Shown: positions 27,598 to 36,163, numbered from the stretch's first letter. The stretch: DNA of 41,745 nucleotides from Vicinamibacteria bacterium (GCA_017990495.1 JAGNNV010000006.1:1-41745); one strand, 5' to 3'. Translations and numbers: made by a program. Notes: generated from the letters alone by a model not told the origin.

Positions 27598-29148
27598 TCA
27601 GAGAATCTGGGCGCTTCGCTGGCCGTGCCGCGCCGGGCTCTCGGGTATGTAGACCTCGAACCGTGTGCCAAGCCCCGCGGCGCTGTCCACGAGGATGGCT
27701 CCGCCCATCCGGGTGACGATGCCGTGCACCACGGAAAGGCCTAGGCCGGTTCCCTGGCCCACCGGCTTCGTGGTGAAGAAGGGCTCGAACACACGGTCGG
27801 CGACACTTTGCGGCATGCCGTCGCCGTTGTCCTTCACCCACAGCCGCACGTGCGGTCCGGCGCGCAGCGCGGGATGCAGCAGCTCGCCTCGGGCGAGGTG
27901 GCGCGACTCGAGACCGATTTCAATGGTGCCGCCGCGTCCGGCCAGGGCGTGGCGGGCGTTGGTGAGCAGATTCAGGAGCACCTGGTGCAGATGGGTGGGG
28001 TCGGCGAGAACGGTGCCCGTGGGCTGCTTCTTCTGGGTGATGTGGATGCCCGCAGGCAGCGTGCTGCGGAAGAGGTCCAGCGTCTCGTCGACCAGCAGAC
28101 TGGGGTCGACTTCGGAGCGTCGCGACTCGTCCTGACGGCTGAAGGAGAGGATCTGCTGGACCAGTTCGCGGGCGCGATGAGCGGCCTCGCTCACCCGGTT
28201 CAGATAAGGGGCGGCCGCACTGTTGTCGGGCAACGCGTTCTGCGCGAGTTCGGCGCAGCCCATGATGGCCTGCACGATGTTGTTGAAGTCGTGGGCGATG
28301 CCGCCGGCCAGGGTGCCGAGGGTTTCGAGACGCTGCGACTGCTGGAGTTGCGCCTCGAGCCGCGCCGCCGCTTCCTCGGCCCGCGCCCGCTCCGTGATGT
28401 CGCGCGAGTTGATGATGGCGGTGGACCGCGTGTCGCCCCCACGCGCGCTGCCGATGGATTCGAGGATCCGTTCGGAACCGTCCCGCGTCCGAAGCACCAT
28501 GATCGACTCGACCGGCGTGTCGGGTCTGGCGAACACTTCGTCGATAGAGGCCCGCGCTTCCTCACGTTTTTCGGGATCGGTGAGATCGAAGACGCTGCGA
28601 CCCGTGAGTTCCTCAGCCGAGTAGCCGAGCACGCGAGCGCAGGCCGGGCTCGCGTAGCGGATGCTCCCGTCGCTGGTGAGAATCCAGATCAGATCGTGGG
28701 CGTTCTCGATCAGTGACCGGAAATGTTCTTCACGGGTCCGCAGCGCCTCCTCGGCCCGTCGCCGTTCGACGATGTAGCTCCACGTCCGCAGCGCGCGATC
28801 GACGATCTCGGGCATGCGCGCGAAACTCTCGTCGGACTTGACCACGTAGTCGAGAGCGCCCGTCTTCATGGCGTCGACCGCGACCTTTTCGTCGCCGTGG
28901 CTGGTCATCACCACCACCGCGTAAGCCGCGCGCTCCCGGCTCTCCGGCAGCAGCACGAGGCCTTCGCCGTCGGGCAGCCTCAGGTCGGTGATGACGAGGT
29001 CGGGGGGGTCGGGGTCGGCCAGAATGGCCTGGGCGGCGCGGATGGTGCTGACCCAGGTGAGATTGACTCGGATGGCGCTTCGTTCGAAGGCCCGTCGGAT
29101 CAGCTCCGAATGGGGCTCGTCATCTTCGACGAGGAGGATGCCGGGCAT
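27598..29148 (-). CDS. Cytoplasmic hybrid histidine kinase (N-terminal REC-PAS-HisKA-HATPase)
   Basis: ILLVEDD and DLVITDLRLPDGEG (REC), a PAS segment, H-box GGIAHDFNNIVQAI, and G-box GQGTGLGLSVVHGIV. I prefer the start at ATG 29146-29148; the track start at 29220 is possible. Confidence 0.85.
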   Translation of the reverse strand: MPGILLVEDDEPHSELIRRAFERSAIRVNLTWVSTIRAAQAILADPDPPDLVITDLRLPDGEGLVLLPESRERAAYAVVVMTSHGDEKVAVDAMKTGALDYVVKSDESFARMPEIVDRALRTWSYIVERRRAEEALRTREEHFRSLIENAHDLIWILTSDGSIRYASPACARVLGYSAEELTGRSVFDLTDPEKREEARASIDEVFARPDTPVESIMVLRTRDGSERILESIGSARGGDTRSTAIINSRDITERARAEEAAARLEAQLQQSQRLETLGTLAGGIAHDFNNIVQAIMGCAELAQNALPDNSAAAPYLNRVSEAAHRARELVQQILSFSRQDESRRSEVDPSLLVDETLDLFRSTLPAGIHITQKKQPTGTVLADPTHLHQVLLNLLTNARHALAGRGGTIEIGLESRHLARGELLHPALRAGPHVRLWVKDNGDGMPQSVADRVFEPFFTTKPVGQGTGLGLSVVHGIVTRMGGAILVDSAAGLGTRFEVYIPESPARHGQRSAQIL

Positions 29149-29195
29149 GTGGGGCGGGCGGCGGTGGGACCCGGTGTCCTGACCGAAGCGAGGCC

Positions 29196-29636
29196 CTACG
29201 GCCGTGGCGATTGATTCCAAGTGAACCAGTAGAGTCCGAGTTCCTTCATCAGACCTTCGAAGCTCAACAGGTCGAGGGGCTTGACGAGGTAGCTGTTGGC
29301 GTGCCGGAGATAGGCCTGGGAAACGTCGGGATCGGCGGCGGAGCTGGTGAGGATGACGACCGGTATGGTCTGCAGCCGCGGCTCTGACTTGATCTCCGAG
29401 AGTACGGTCATGCCGTCGACCCTGGGCAGGCGCAGGTCCAGGAGGATCAGGTCAGGGCGTGGACTGGTGGCGGAATCGGCGTAAAGCCCCCGCTGGTAAA
29501 GATAGTCAAGAGCGGATTCGCCGTTGTTGATGTGGGTGATCCGGCACCGCACCGCCTGGCTCATCAGGTTCCGTCGGACGAGCTCCGCATGATCCTCGTC
29601 GTCTTCGACGAGAAGAACCTCGATCGTCTGCGTCAT
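29196..29636 (-). CDS. Stand-alone CheY-like response regulator
   Basis: VLLVEDDEDH, DLILLDLRLPRVDG, VVILTSS and YLVKPLD. The start is ATG 29636 or TTG 29648. Confidence 0.8.
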   Translation of the reverse strand: MTQTIEVLLVEDDEDHAELVRRNLMSQAVRCRITHINNGESALDYLYQRGLYADSATSPRPDLILLDLRLPRVDGMTVLSEIKSEPRLQTIPVVILTSSAADPDVSQAYLRHANSYLVKPLDLLSFEGLMKELGLYWFTWNQSPRP

Positions 29637-29722
29637 GGCGTGGTTCAAGGCTTGGGACCTCTAGTGTCCAAGAATGCTAGCAGACCAGGGTCCGGGCGTC
29701 CCCGATGCGGACGCGCAAGAGA

Positions 29723-30754
29723 TCAGGAAGCCTCGAACAACGCCTTCAGGGCCAGGTCCGAGAGGCCTTCGGCCATGGCCACCATCAGGAGGATGCGCGC
29801 CTTCTGGCCCACGAGGTCGCCCCCGAGAATGCAGCCCATCTTCTGAAGCTGCGCTCCGCCACCGTCGTAACCATAGAGCGGGGCCACCGACCCCGTCCCA
29901 CAGCGTGAGGTGATGACCACGGGGATATTGGCCTTGATCGCTTCCTGGATCGCAGGCACCACCAGGGGAGGCACGTTGCCGGCGCCCGTTCCCTCGATGA
30001 CCAGGCCGTGAGCGCCCCGCTCGAGGGAGGCGCGGATCAGAGCACCGTCCGAACCGGTGGCCACCACGTGCAGGTCGACATGGGGATCGATGGAGCCGGC
30101 CTGCACCAGGCGCCGCCGTACCGCGCTGCGCACGAAACGGACACCGTTGCGGTCGAGGACGGCCACGGGACCGATCTCACTGCGAAACGCGCCGAGGCTT
30201 TGAGTGTGGGTCTTCACCGCTTCGGAAGCCGCGAGGATCTGCTCGCCGACCGCGATGAGCACGCCGTGACCGCGCGCGTCCCGGTTGGCCGCGGTCTGCA
30301 CCGCGATGAGCAGGTTGGAAGGGCCGTCGGAGCCCGGTTCACCCAGGGTGCGCATGGCCCCGCAGAAAACCACGGGCTTCGTGGTCTCGGTGGTGAGGTC
30401 GACCAGGAACGCGGTTTCCTCGATGGTGTCGGTGCCATGGGTGACCACCACCCCGTCGATCCGAGGATCGGAGAGGTGCGCCTCGATGCGTTGCTTGAGC
30501 CCCCACATCCAGTGCGGGGTCACGTGAGGCCCGGGCAACTGGGCGTAGTCCTCGAGGGTCAGCGAGGCCGTGCGGCGCAATCCGGGCACCTGGGACACGA
30601 TGGCGCGACCGGAGAGGGCGGGGATCGCGGCCGCGGTGATGGGGTCGATCTTCATCGAGATCGTTCCGCCCGTGAACATCACGTGGACCCGGGGCTTCGT
30701 GGTGCGGACCGTCCGGCGTCGCGCCGGACTGGCTTTCGCCGATTTTGGGGGCAT
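29723..30754 (-). CDS. L-asparaginase/glutaminase family enzyme
   Basis: MFTGGTISM (TGGTI catalytic Thr motif), VVTHGTDTIEETA and VVITSRC. A roughly 22-aa basic N-terminal extension precedes the core. Confidence 0.8.
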   Translation of the reverse strand: MPPKSAKASPARRRTVRTTKPRVHVMFTGGTISMKIDPITAAAIPALSGRAIVSQVPGLRRTASLTLEDYAQLPGPHVTPHWMWGLKQRIEAHLSDPRIDGVVVTHGTDTIEETAFLVDLTTETTKPVVFCGAMRTLGEPGSDGPSNLLIAVQTAANRDARGHGVLIAVGEQILAASEAVKTHTQSLGAFRSEIGPVAVLDRNGVRFVRSAVRRRLVQAGSIDPHVDLHVVATGSDGALIRASLERGAHGLVIEGTGAGNVPPLVVPAIQEAIKANIPVVITSRCGTGSVAPLYGYDGGGAQLQKMGCILGGDLVGQKARILLMVAMAEGLSDLALKALFEAS

Positions 30755-30759
30755 GGACC

Positions 30760-31935
30760 TCAGTCGTTCCAGAGGGGCTTCATGTTGTCGACGTACTTGA
30801 AACCGGTTCCGGTGTTGAAGATGACGACCGAGTCGTCGGGAGAGAGGTGACCGGACGCCTTCAGTTTCATGGCCGCGGTCACGCAGGCGCCTCCCTCGGG
30901 CGAAACGAACAGGCCCTCGGTGCGCGCGATCAGCTTGACGCCCTGAATGATCTCGGCCTCGCTCACCGCGATGCCCGCGCCGTGGCTCTCGCGCAGCGCG
31001 CGCAGGATCAGGAAATCACCGATGGCTTTGGGGACGCGAAGGCCGTGGGCGTGGGTGGTGGCCCCTTCCCACATCGGGGCGGACTCTTTGCCTTCGTGGA
31101 AGGCCTTGACGATGGGCGCACAGCCCTCGGCCTGCACCGCGTACATGCGCGGGCGCTTGCGGCCGATGAAGCCCATCGCTTCCATCTCCTCGAACGCCTT
31201 CCACATGCCGATGAGGCCGGTGCCGCCACCGGTGGGATACAGGATGGCGTCGGGCAACGTCCAGGCGAGCTGCTCCGCGATCTCGTAGCCCATGGTTTTC
31301 TTGCCCTCGATGCGGAAGGGCTCTTTGAGGGTGGCGCATTCGTACCAGCCGTGCTCTTTGGCGAGGCCCGCGCAGATACGGCCCGCGTCGGTGATGAGGC
31401 CCTCCACGGTTTCAACGTGCGCCCCATACGAGAGGGTCTCCATCAGAAACACCTCGGCGATGTCCTTGGGCACGAAGACGTGGGCCTTGAGGCCCCCTCG
31501 AGCCGCGTAGGCGGCCAGGGCGCTTCCCGCATTTCCGGCCGACGGCAGGCAGACGTCGGTCGCGCCGAGAGCCTTCGCCATGGAAACCGCGAGGGCCAGG
31601 CCGCGGGCCTTGAAGGAGCCCGTGGGATTACCCCCTTCCTCCTTGACCATGGCTCGGGGCAGCCCGATGGCCTGGCCAAGGGTGGGGGTGTCAAGCAGCG
31701 GGGTCATGCCCTCACCCAGACTCAGGCGATGCTCGGGGTTCTCGACCGGGAGCACTTCCTTGTAGCGCCAGAGCGTCTTTTCCCGCAGTTCGAGATGCCC
31801 GGGTCGCATCTCGAGCGCGGCCGCTTTCAGGTCGTAGCGGGCGAGCAGGGGCGCGCCGCAGACGCAAAGGTTCCAGACCCTGCCCTTTTCATAGGTGGCG
31901 TCGCACTTCGAGCACGCGAGGTGAGTGAAGCTCAT
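30760..31935 (-). CDS. thrC: Threonine synthase (short type with N-terminal Cys-rich zinc-ribbon-like segment)
   Basis: CSKC...CVCG at the N-terminus and PLP-lysine context EGGNPTGSFKARG, followed by SAGNAG. Confidence 0.75.
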   Translation of the reverse strand: MSFTHLACSKCDATYEKGRVWNLCVCGAPLLARYDLKAAALEMRPGHLELREKTLWRYKEVLPVENPEHRLSLGEGMTPLLDTPTLGQAIGLPRAMVKEEGGNPTGSFKARGLALAVSMAKALGATDVCLPSAGNAGSALAAYAARGGLKAHVFVPKDIAEVFLMETLSYGAHVETVEGLITDAGRICAGLAKEHGWYECATLKEPFRIEGKKTMGYEIAEQLAWTLPDAILYPTGGGTGLIGMWKAFEEMEAMGFIGRKRPRMYAVQAEGCAPIVKAFHEGKESAPMWEGATTHAHGLRVPKAIGDFLILRALRESHGAGIAVSEAEIIQGVKLIARTEGLFVSPEGGACVTAAMKLKASGHLSPDDSVVIFNTGTGFKYVDNMKPLWND

Positions 31936-31958
31936 GGCATTCCTCCTCGACCTGTCTC

Positions 31959-32522
31959 CTACACGTGAAGGACTTCGGCTTCCTTCTTCTTGAGCATGTC
32001 GTCGACCCGGGCGATGGCGCCGTCGGTGAGCTTCTGGGTCTCGGCCTCGCCCTGCTTTTCTTCGTCCTCGGAAATTTCCGAGGCCTTCTTCATCTTCTTG
32101 ATGTGGTCATTGGCGTCGCGGCGGACGTTGCGGATCGCCACCTTGCCCTCTTCGGCCGCCTTGTGGGCGATCTTCACCAGGGCCTTGCGGCGCTCTTCGG
32201 TGGGCGAGGGAATGGGGATGCGGATGAGCTTGCCGTCGGTGGCGGGATTCAGATCAAGGCCGGAGGTGCGGATGGCCTTCTCGATGACGGCCACCATGGC
32301 CGCGTCCCACGGCTGGATGGTGATGAGGGCGGGATCGGGCACCGCGATGTTGCCCACCTGATTGAGCGGGGTCATGGTGCCGTAGAAATCGACCTTGATC
32401 GAATCCAGCATCGAGGCGTTGGCGCGCCCCGCGCGCAGGGAGGCGAGTTCCTTGCGAACCGACTCGATCGCGCTCTCCATGCGGTGTTTCGCGTTGTCGA
32501 TGGTTTCTTTCACTGTGGCCAT
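31959..32522 (-). CDS. frr: Ribosome recycling factor
   Basis: 187 aa, with ELASLRAGRANASMLDSIKVDFYG and IRNVRRDAND. Confidence 0.95.
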   Translation of the reverse strand: MATVKETIDNAKHRMESAIESVRKELASLRAGRANASMLDSIKVDFYGTMTPLNQVGNIAVPDPALITIQPWDAAMVAVIEKAIRTSGLDLNPATDGKLIRIPIPSPTEERRKALVKIAHKAAEEGKVAIRNVRRDANDHIKKMKKASEISEDEEKQGEAETQKLTDGAIARVDDMLKKKEAEVLHV

Positions 32523-32591
32523 GGCTCGATTGACTCCTGGGGTCGTTTTCGGGGTTGTGGCGGGGGGCGCTAGTCGCAGTTCTGTTCGTCA

Positions 32592-32685
32592 GTCACAGAC
32601 GATTCCTGGTCACAGACCATTCTTAGTCACAGACCATTCTTAGTCACAGACCATTCTTAGTCACAGACCATTCTTAGTCACAGAC
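32592..32685. repeat. 17-bp tandem repeat (unit GTCACAGACCATTCTTA): 4 perfect copies, one 14/17 copy and a 9-bp partial copy
   Basis: GTCACAGAC starts at 32592, 32609, 32626, 32643, 32660 and 32677, exactly 17 bp apart. The perfect copies span 32609-32676. The last partial copy encodes the final three codons of pyrH (VCD), and the pyrH TAA is part of the last perfect copy. Confidence 0.95.
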
Positions 32686-33480
32686 AAGGGTGCCGACTTT
32701 TTCGCCGGTGAGGACGCGCTTCAAGAAGCCCTTCTTCTTGATGTTGTAGACCACGATGGGAAGCTTGTTCTCCATGGCCAGCGAGATGGCGGTTTTGTCC
32801 ATCACCTTGAGACCCTGCTTGATCACGTCGATGTACTTGATCTCCGAGAACTTCTTGGCCTGGGGAAACTTGAGGGGATCCATGTCGTAGATCCCGTCGA
32901 CCCGTGTGCCCTTGAGGATGATCTCGGCTTTGATTTCCGTGGCGCGCAGGGCGGCGGCGGTGTCGGTGGAGAAGTAGGGGTTGCCGGTGCCCGCGGCGAA
33001 GATGGCGATGCGCCCCTTCTCGATGTGGCGGATGGCGCGGCGGCGGATGAAGGGCTCGGCGACCTGGCGCATCTCGATGGCCGAGAGCACGCGCGTGGCG
33101 AGGCCGGCTCGCTCCATGGCGTCTTGCAGGGCGAGGCCGTTGATCACCGTGGCGAGCATGCCCATGTGGTCGGCCGACACCCGGTCCATCCCGTAGGCGG
33201 CATCGGAGACGCCGCGGAAGATGTTGCCGCCGCCCACCACGATGCCCATCTCGACGCCCATGGCGTGGGCCTCACGGATTTCCTCGGCCAGGTAGTCGGC
33301 GAAAGCGCGGTCGATGCCGAAGGTCTTGGCCCCGAGAAGGGCCTCGCCGGAGAGCTTGAGCAGGACCCGCTTGTAGACGGGCTTGGGGCCTTCGGCGCGC
33401 CCGGCCTCGCGGGGTTTGGACCCTGAGGGGTTCGACCCGCCTTGCGACTTCCGGGGCTGGGCGGGTCTTGGTTTAGCCAT
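32674..33480 (-). CDS. pyrH: UMP kinase
   Basis: [23 protein letters not shown] and [22 protein letters not shown] roughly 35-aa basic/Pro-rich N-terminal extension precedes the core if the ATG at 33480 is used. Confidence 0.92.
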   Translation of the reverse strand: MAKPRPAQPRKSQGGSNPSGSKPREAGRAEGPKPVYKRVLLKLSGEALLGAKTFGIDRAFADYLAEEIREAHAMGVEMGIVVGGGNIFRGVSDAAYGMDRVSADHMGMLATVINGLALQDAMERAGLATRVLSAIEMRQVAEPFIRRRAIRHIEKGRIAIFAAGTGNPYFSTDTAAALRATEIKAEIILKGTRVDGIYDMDPLKFPQAKKFSEIKYIDVIKQGLKVMDKTAISLAMENKLPIVVYNIKKKGFLKRVLTGEKVGTLVCD

Positions 33481-33489
33481 GCCCTAAGG

Positions 33490-34107
33490 CTACTCGGTCG
33501 GGCTGCCCGGTGTCGCGTCGCCCACGCGGAAACGCGTGAACCGGCGGACCAGGATGTTCTCCTTGATGACCGCGACCTTCTCCTGGATGAGCTGGCCGAC
33601 CGTGACCTTGGGATCCTTGACGAAGGCCTGTTCGATGAGGCAGTTCGTGGCGTAGAAGTCCTTCAGCTTGCCTTCGGCGATCTTGTCGGCCACCGCCTCG
33701 GGCTTTCCCGCGGCCACGGCCTGGGCGCGGTAGATTTCCTTCTCCTTGTCGATGATCGCCTGCGGGACCTCTTCTTTGGTCACGTAGTTCGGCGCCGCGG
33801 CCGCGATGTGCATGGCGACGTCCCGGACCATGGCCTGGAAGTCTTCGTTCTTCGCGACGAAGTCGGTTTCGCAGTTGATTTCGACCAGCACCCCGACCTT
33901 GGCTCCGGGATGGATGTAGTGGCCGATCATCCCTTCGCTGGCCGTGCGCCCGGCGCGCTTGGCCGCGGCGGCGAGACCCTTCTTGCGCAGGACCTCCTGG
34001 GCCTTGTTCATGTCGCCGCCCGCTTCGACGAGGGCGCTCTTGCAATCCATCATTCCCGCGCCGGTTTGCTCGCGGAGGAGTCGGACGGATTCAGCTGTGA
34101 TGTTCAT
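33490..34107 (-). CDS. tsf: Elongation factor Ts (short form)
   Basis: VRLLREQTGAGMMDCKSAL, VGVLVEINCETDFVAKNEDF. Confidence 0.92.
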   Translation of the reverse strand: MNITAESVRLLREQTGAGMMDCKSALVEAGGDMNKAQEVLRKKGLAAAAKRAGRTASEGMIGHYIHPGAKVGVLVEINCETDFVAKNEDFQAMVRDVAMHIAAAAPNYVTKEEVPQAIIDKEKEIYRAQAVAAGKPEAVADKIAEGKLKDFYATNCLIEQAFVKDPKVTVGQLIQEKVAVIKENILVRRFTRFRVGDATPGSPTE

Positions 34108-34222
34108 GGGTCTCCTGGCTTGACATCCCCCGCCGAGGGGTTAGCGCTCGCGGGGAGGTGATTCTTTGGAAGGTTAGAAATGGATGCCCCCTGTTCGGAT
34201 TCCTTTGGGCGCCTCGGGAACC

Positions 34223-34271
34223 AAAAAAGGGGGCAGGTGCGGCCGGATCGGGCTCCCCCGAAAAGGGGAGG
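34223..34271 (-). promoter_or_regulatory. Possible attenuator in the rpsB-tsf spacer (two mutually exclusive hairpins, one followed by a U-tract)
   Basis: The minus strand reads CTCCCC-TTTTC-GGGGGAGC...GCCCCC-TTTTTT. GGGGAG can pair upstream with CTCCCC, or the G-run can pair downstream with GCCCCC just before T6. Judged by eye only, without folding energies. Confidence 0.25.
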
Positions 34272-34284
34272 TTTTGGGAAGCGC

Positions 34285-35148
34285 TTAGACCGTGGCTTCG
34301 GTCGCGGCTGCCGCTGCCGCAGCAGCGGTGGCCGCATTGGCCGCAGCCGCAGCTGCCGCCGCGGAGGCCGTGGCCGCGGAACGAGCCCGCGCCGTAGCCG
34401 CCATCTCGGCCGACTTGGCCTCGCGAAGGGAACGGCCGGCGATGACCGCGTCGGCCATCTTGCTGGCGAAGAGGCGGATGGAGCGAAGCGCGTCGTCGTT
34501 GCCGGGGATCACGTAGTCGACGAAGTCGGGATTGCAGTTGGTGTCGACGATGCCCACCACGGGGATGCGCAGTTTGCGGGCCTCGGCGACGGCAATGGCC
34601 TCGTTCTTCGTGTCGACCACGAAGATGACGTCGGGCAGGTTCTTCATGTTGCGGATGCCCTTGAGGTTCTTGTCGAGCTTCACCTGCTCCTTGGCGAGGC
34701 CGGCGAATTCCTTCTTGGTGAGCCGATCCTGACGGCCCTCGGCGAGCATCATCTCGATCTGCTTGAGACGGTCAATGCTCTTCTTCACCGTGGCGAAGTT
34801 GGTGAGCAGGCCGCCGAGCCAGCGCTCGTTCACGAAGGGCATGGAGCAACGGACCGCTTCTTCCGCGACCACATCCTGGGCCTGACGCTTGGTGCCGACG
34901 AAGAGAACCACACCGCCCGAAGCCGCCACGTCGTGCGCGTAACGAAGGGCCTCGCCGAACATCGCCTGGGTTTTCTGCAGGTCGACGATGTAGATGCCGT
35001 TGCGTTCGCCGAAGATGTATTCGCGCATCTTGGGGTCCCAGCGGCGGGTCTGGTGGCCGAAGTGGACACCGGCTTCGAGAAGGTCCTTGATGTCCACCAT
35101 TGAGATGGACGGCACGGCAATCTGCGGAACGGACGGGGTTGTTTCCAT
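34285..35148 (-). CDS. rpsB: 30S ribosomal protein S2 with Ala-rich C-terminal tail
   Basis: [19 protein letters not shown] and [12 protein letters not shown]. The tail reads [31 protein letters not shown]. An alternative ATG lies at 35100. Confidence 0.93.
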   Translation of the reverse strand: METTPSVPQIAVPSISMVDIKDLLEAGVHFGHQTRRWDPKMREYIFGERNGIYIVDLQKTQAMFGEALRYAHDVAASGGVVLFVGTKRQAQDVVAEEAVRCSMPFVNERWLGGLLTNFATVKKSIDRLKQIEMMLAEGRQDRLTKKEFAGLAKEQVKLDKNLKGIRNMKNLPDVIFVVDTKNEAIAVAEARKLRIPVVGIVDTNCNPDFVDYVIPGNDDALRSIRLFASKMADAVIAGRSLREAKSAEMAATARARSAATASAAAAAAAANAATAAAAAAAATEATV

Positions 35149-35158
35149 AAAAGTCTTT

Positions 35159-35560
35159 CTAGCGCTTCGAGAACTGGAATCGGGCGCGGGCGCCCTTCTG
35201 GCCGTACTTCTTGCGTTCCTTGATGCGCGAATCGCGCGTCAGGAGGCCTTCCTTGCGAAGGCGGGATCGGAATTCCTCGTTCAGGTCGAGGAGCGCGCGG
35301 GCGATGCCATGGCGGATGGCGCCGGCGCGGGCAGCGACGCCGCCGCCGTTGACGGTGGCGATGACATCGAACTTTTCGATGGTTTCGGTGGCCACGAACG
35401 GCTGGCGCACGATCATCTTGAGGGTTTCATGGCCGCCGAAGAACTCGTCGAGGCTCTGGTCGTTGAGGGAGAACGCACCCTTGCCGGGGCGGAGGTGAAC
35501 GCGGGCCACCGCGGTCTTGCGCTTGCCGGTGCCGAGATTTTCAGTGATTGCAGTTGCCAA
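35159..35560 (-). CDS. rpsI: 30S ribosomal protein S9
   Basis: [12 protein letters not shown] and the C-terminal [25 protein letters not shown]. Confidence 0.95.
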   Translation of the reverse strand: MATAITENLGTGKRKTAVARVHLRPGKGAFSLNDQSLDEFFGGHETLKMIVRQPFVATETIEKFDVIATVNGGGVAARAGAIRHGIARALLDLNEEFRSRLRKEGLLTRDSRIKERKKYGQKGARARFQFSKR

Positions 35561-35598
35561 GGTAGTTCTTCTTTTTTCGAGTCTTCAGGGTGTGGGGG

Positions 35599-36036
35599 TT
35601 ACTTCGACTTCACGGTGATGGTCTGCGGGCGCTGCGCGGCATGGCGATGCGCGCTTCCGGCGTAGACCTTGAGTTTGGTGTACATGGCGTTGCCGAGTTT
35701 CGTCTTCGGCAGCATGCCCTTGATCGCCTCTTCCACCGCCTTGACCGGGCGCTTGGCCAGAAGGTCCTTGGCCGGGGTTTCGGTGAGGCCGCCCATGTAG
35801 CCGGAATGGCGGCGGTACATCTTGCCTTCCAGCTTGCGGCCGGTGAAGGCCACCTTGGCCGCGTTCACGATGATCACGTGATCGCCGGTGTCGAGGAAGG
35901 TCGTGTAGGTGGGCTTGTGCTTGCCCGCGAGAAGGCGCGCGGCCACGGTCGCGAGACGGCCGATGACGACGTTCTCGGCATCCATCAGGAACCAGTCGCG
36001 TTTGATGTCTTTTGCGGAAGGGACGAAGGTCGCCAT
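35599..36036 (-). CDS. rplM: 50S ribosomal protein L13
   Basis: DWFLMDAENVVIGRLATVAARLLAGKHKPTYT and YRRHSGYMGGL. Confidence 0.95.
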   Translation of the reverse strand: MATFVPSAKDIKRDWFLMDAENVVIGRLATVAARLLAGKHKPTYTTFLDTGDHVIIVNAAKVAFTGRKLEGKMYRRHSGYMGGLTETPAKDLLAKRPVKAVEEAIKGMLPKTKLGNAMYTKLKVYAGSAHRHAAQRPQTITVKSK

Positions 36037-36163
36037 TTGAGTAGTTCTGGGGTCTTTTTAGGTTCGAAAGGGGTTTTTCGATGAGTGAGCGGCGGGCCGC
36101 GGCGAGGGTCCTGAGCAGGCCCGCGCGGGAACTTGCAACTTTAGGTGAGGGGTCTTGAGCTTG

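Noticed and set aside
25418-27841. 807-aa ORF in the track, the longest in the window
   Set aside because: Only the last 307 aa (from the ATG at 26339-26341) look like a real protein, with a TAT signal and an SBP fold. The upstream ~500 aa are Arg/Gly/Pro-rich and lie out of frame over the well-supported REC-EAL gene and over the 3' end of the hybrid histidine kinase. This is a typical GC-rich shadow reading frame.
23818-29148. HATPase (GHKL-superfamily) domains as possible missing Top6B
   Set aside because: Both are preceded by HisKA H-boxes (SHDLKSPL, AHDFNN) and sensor domains. They are ordinary histidine kinases, not Top6B, and they lie more than 8 kb from the top6A-like gene.
32592-32685. 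Could the 17-bp repeat array be a CRISPR array or a mini-satellite from a mobile element?
   Set aside because: The units are directly abutting with no spacers, and 17 bp is too short for CRISPR repeats. No cas, transposase or integrase genes are nearby. I kept it as a tandem-repeat finding instead.
36037-36163. Possible rplM leader element or promoter, including the 8-bp direct repeat GGGGTCTT (twice) and the GCGGGCC...GGCCCGC stem
   Set aside because: The repeats are short enough to be chance. I found no convincing -35/-10 pair and no terminator-like U-tract. There is not enough evidence to call a feature.
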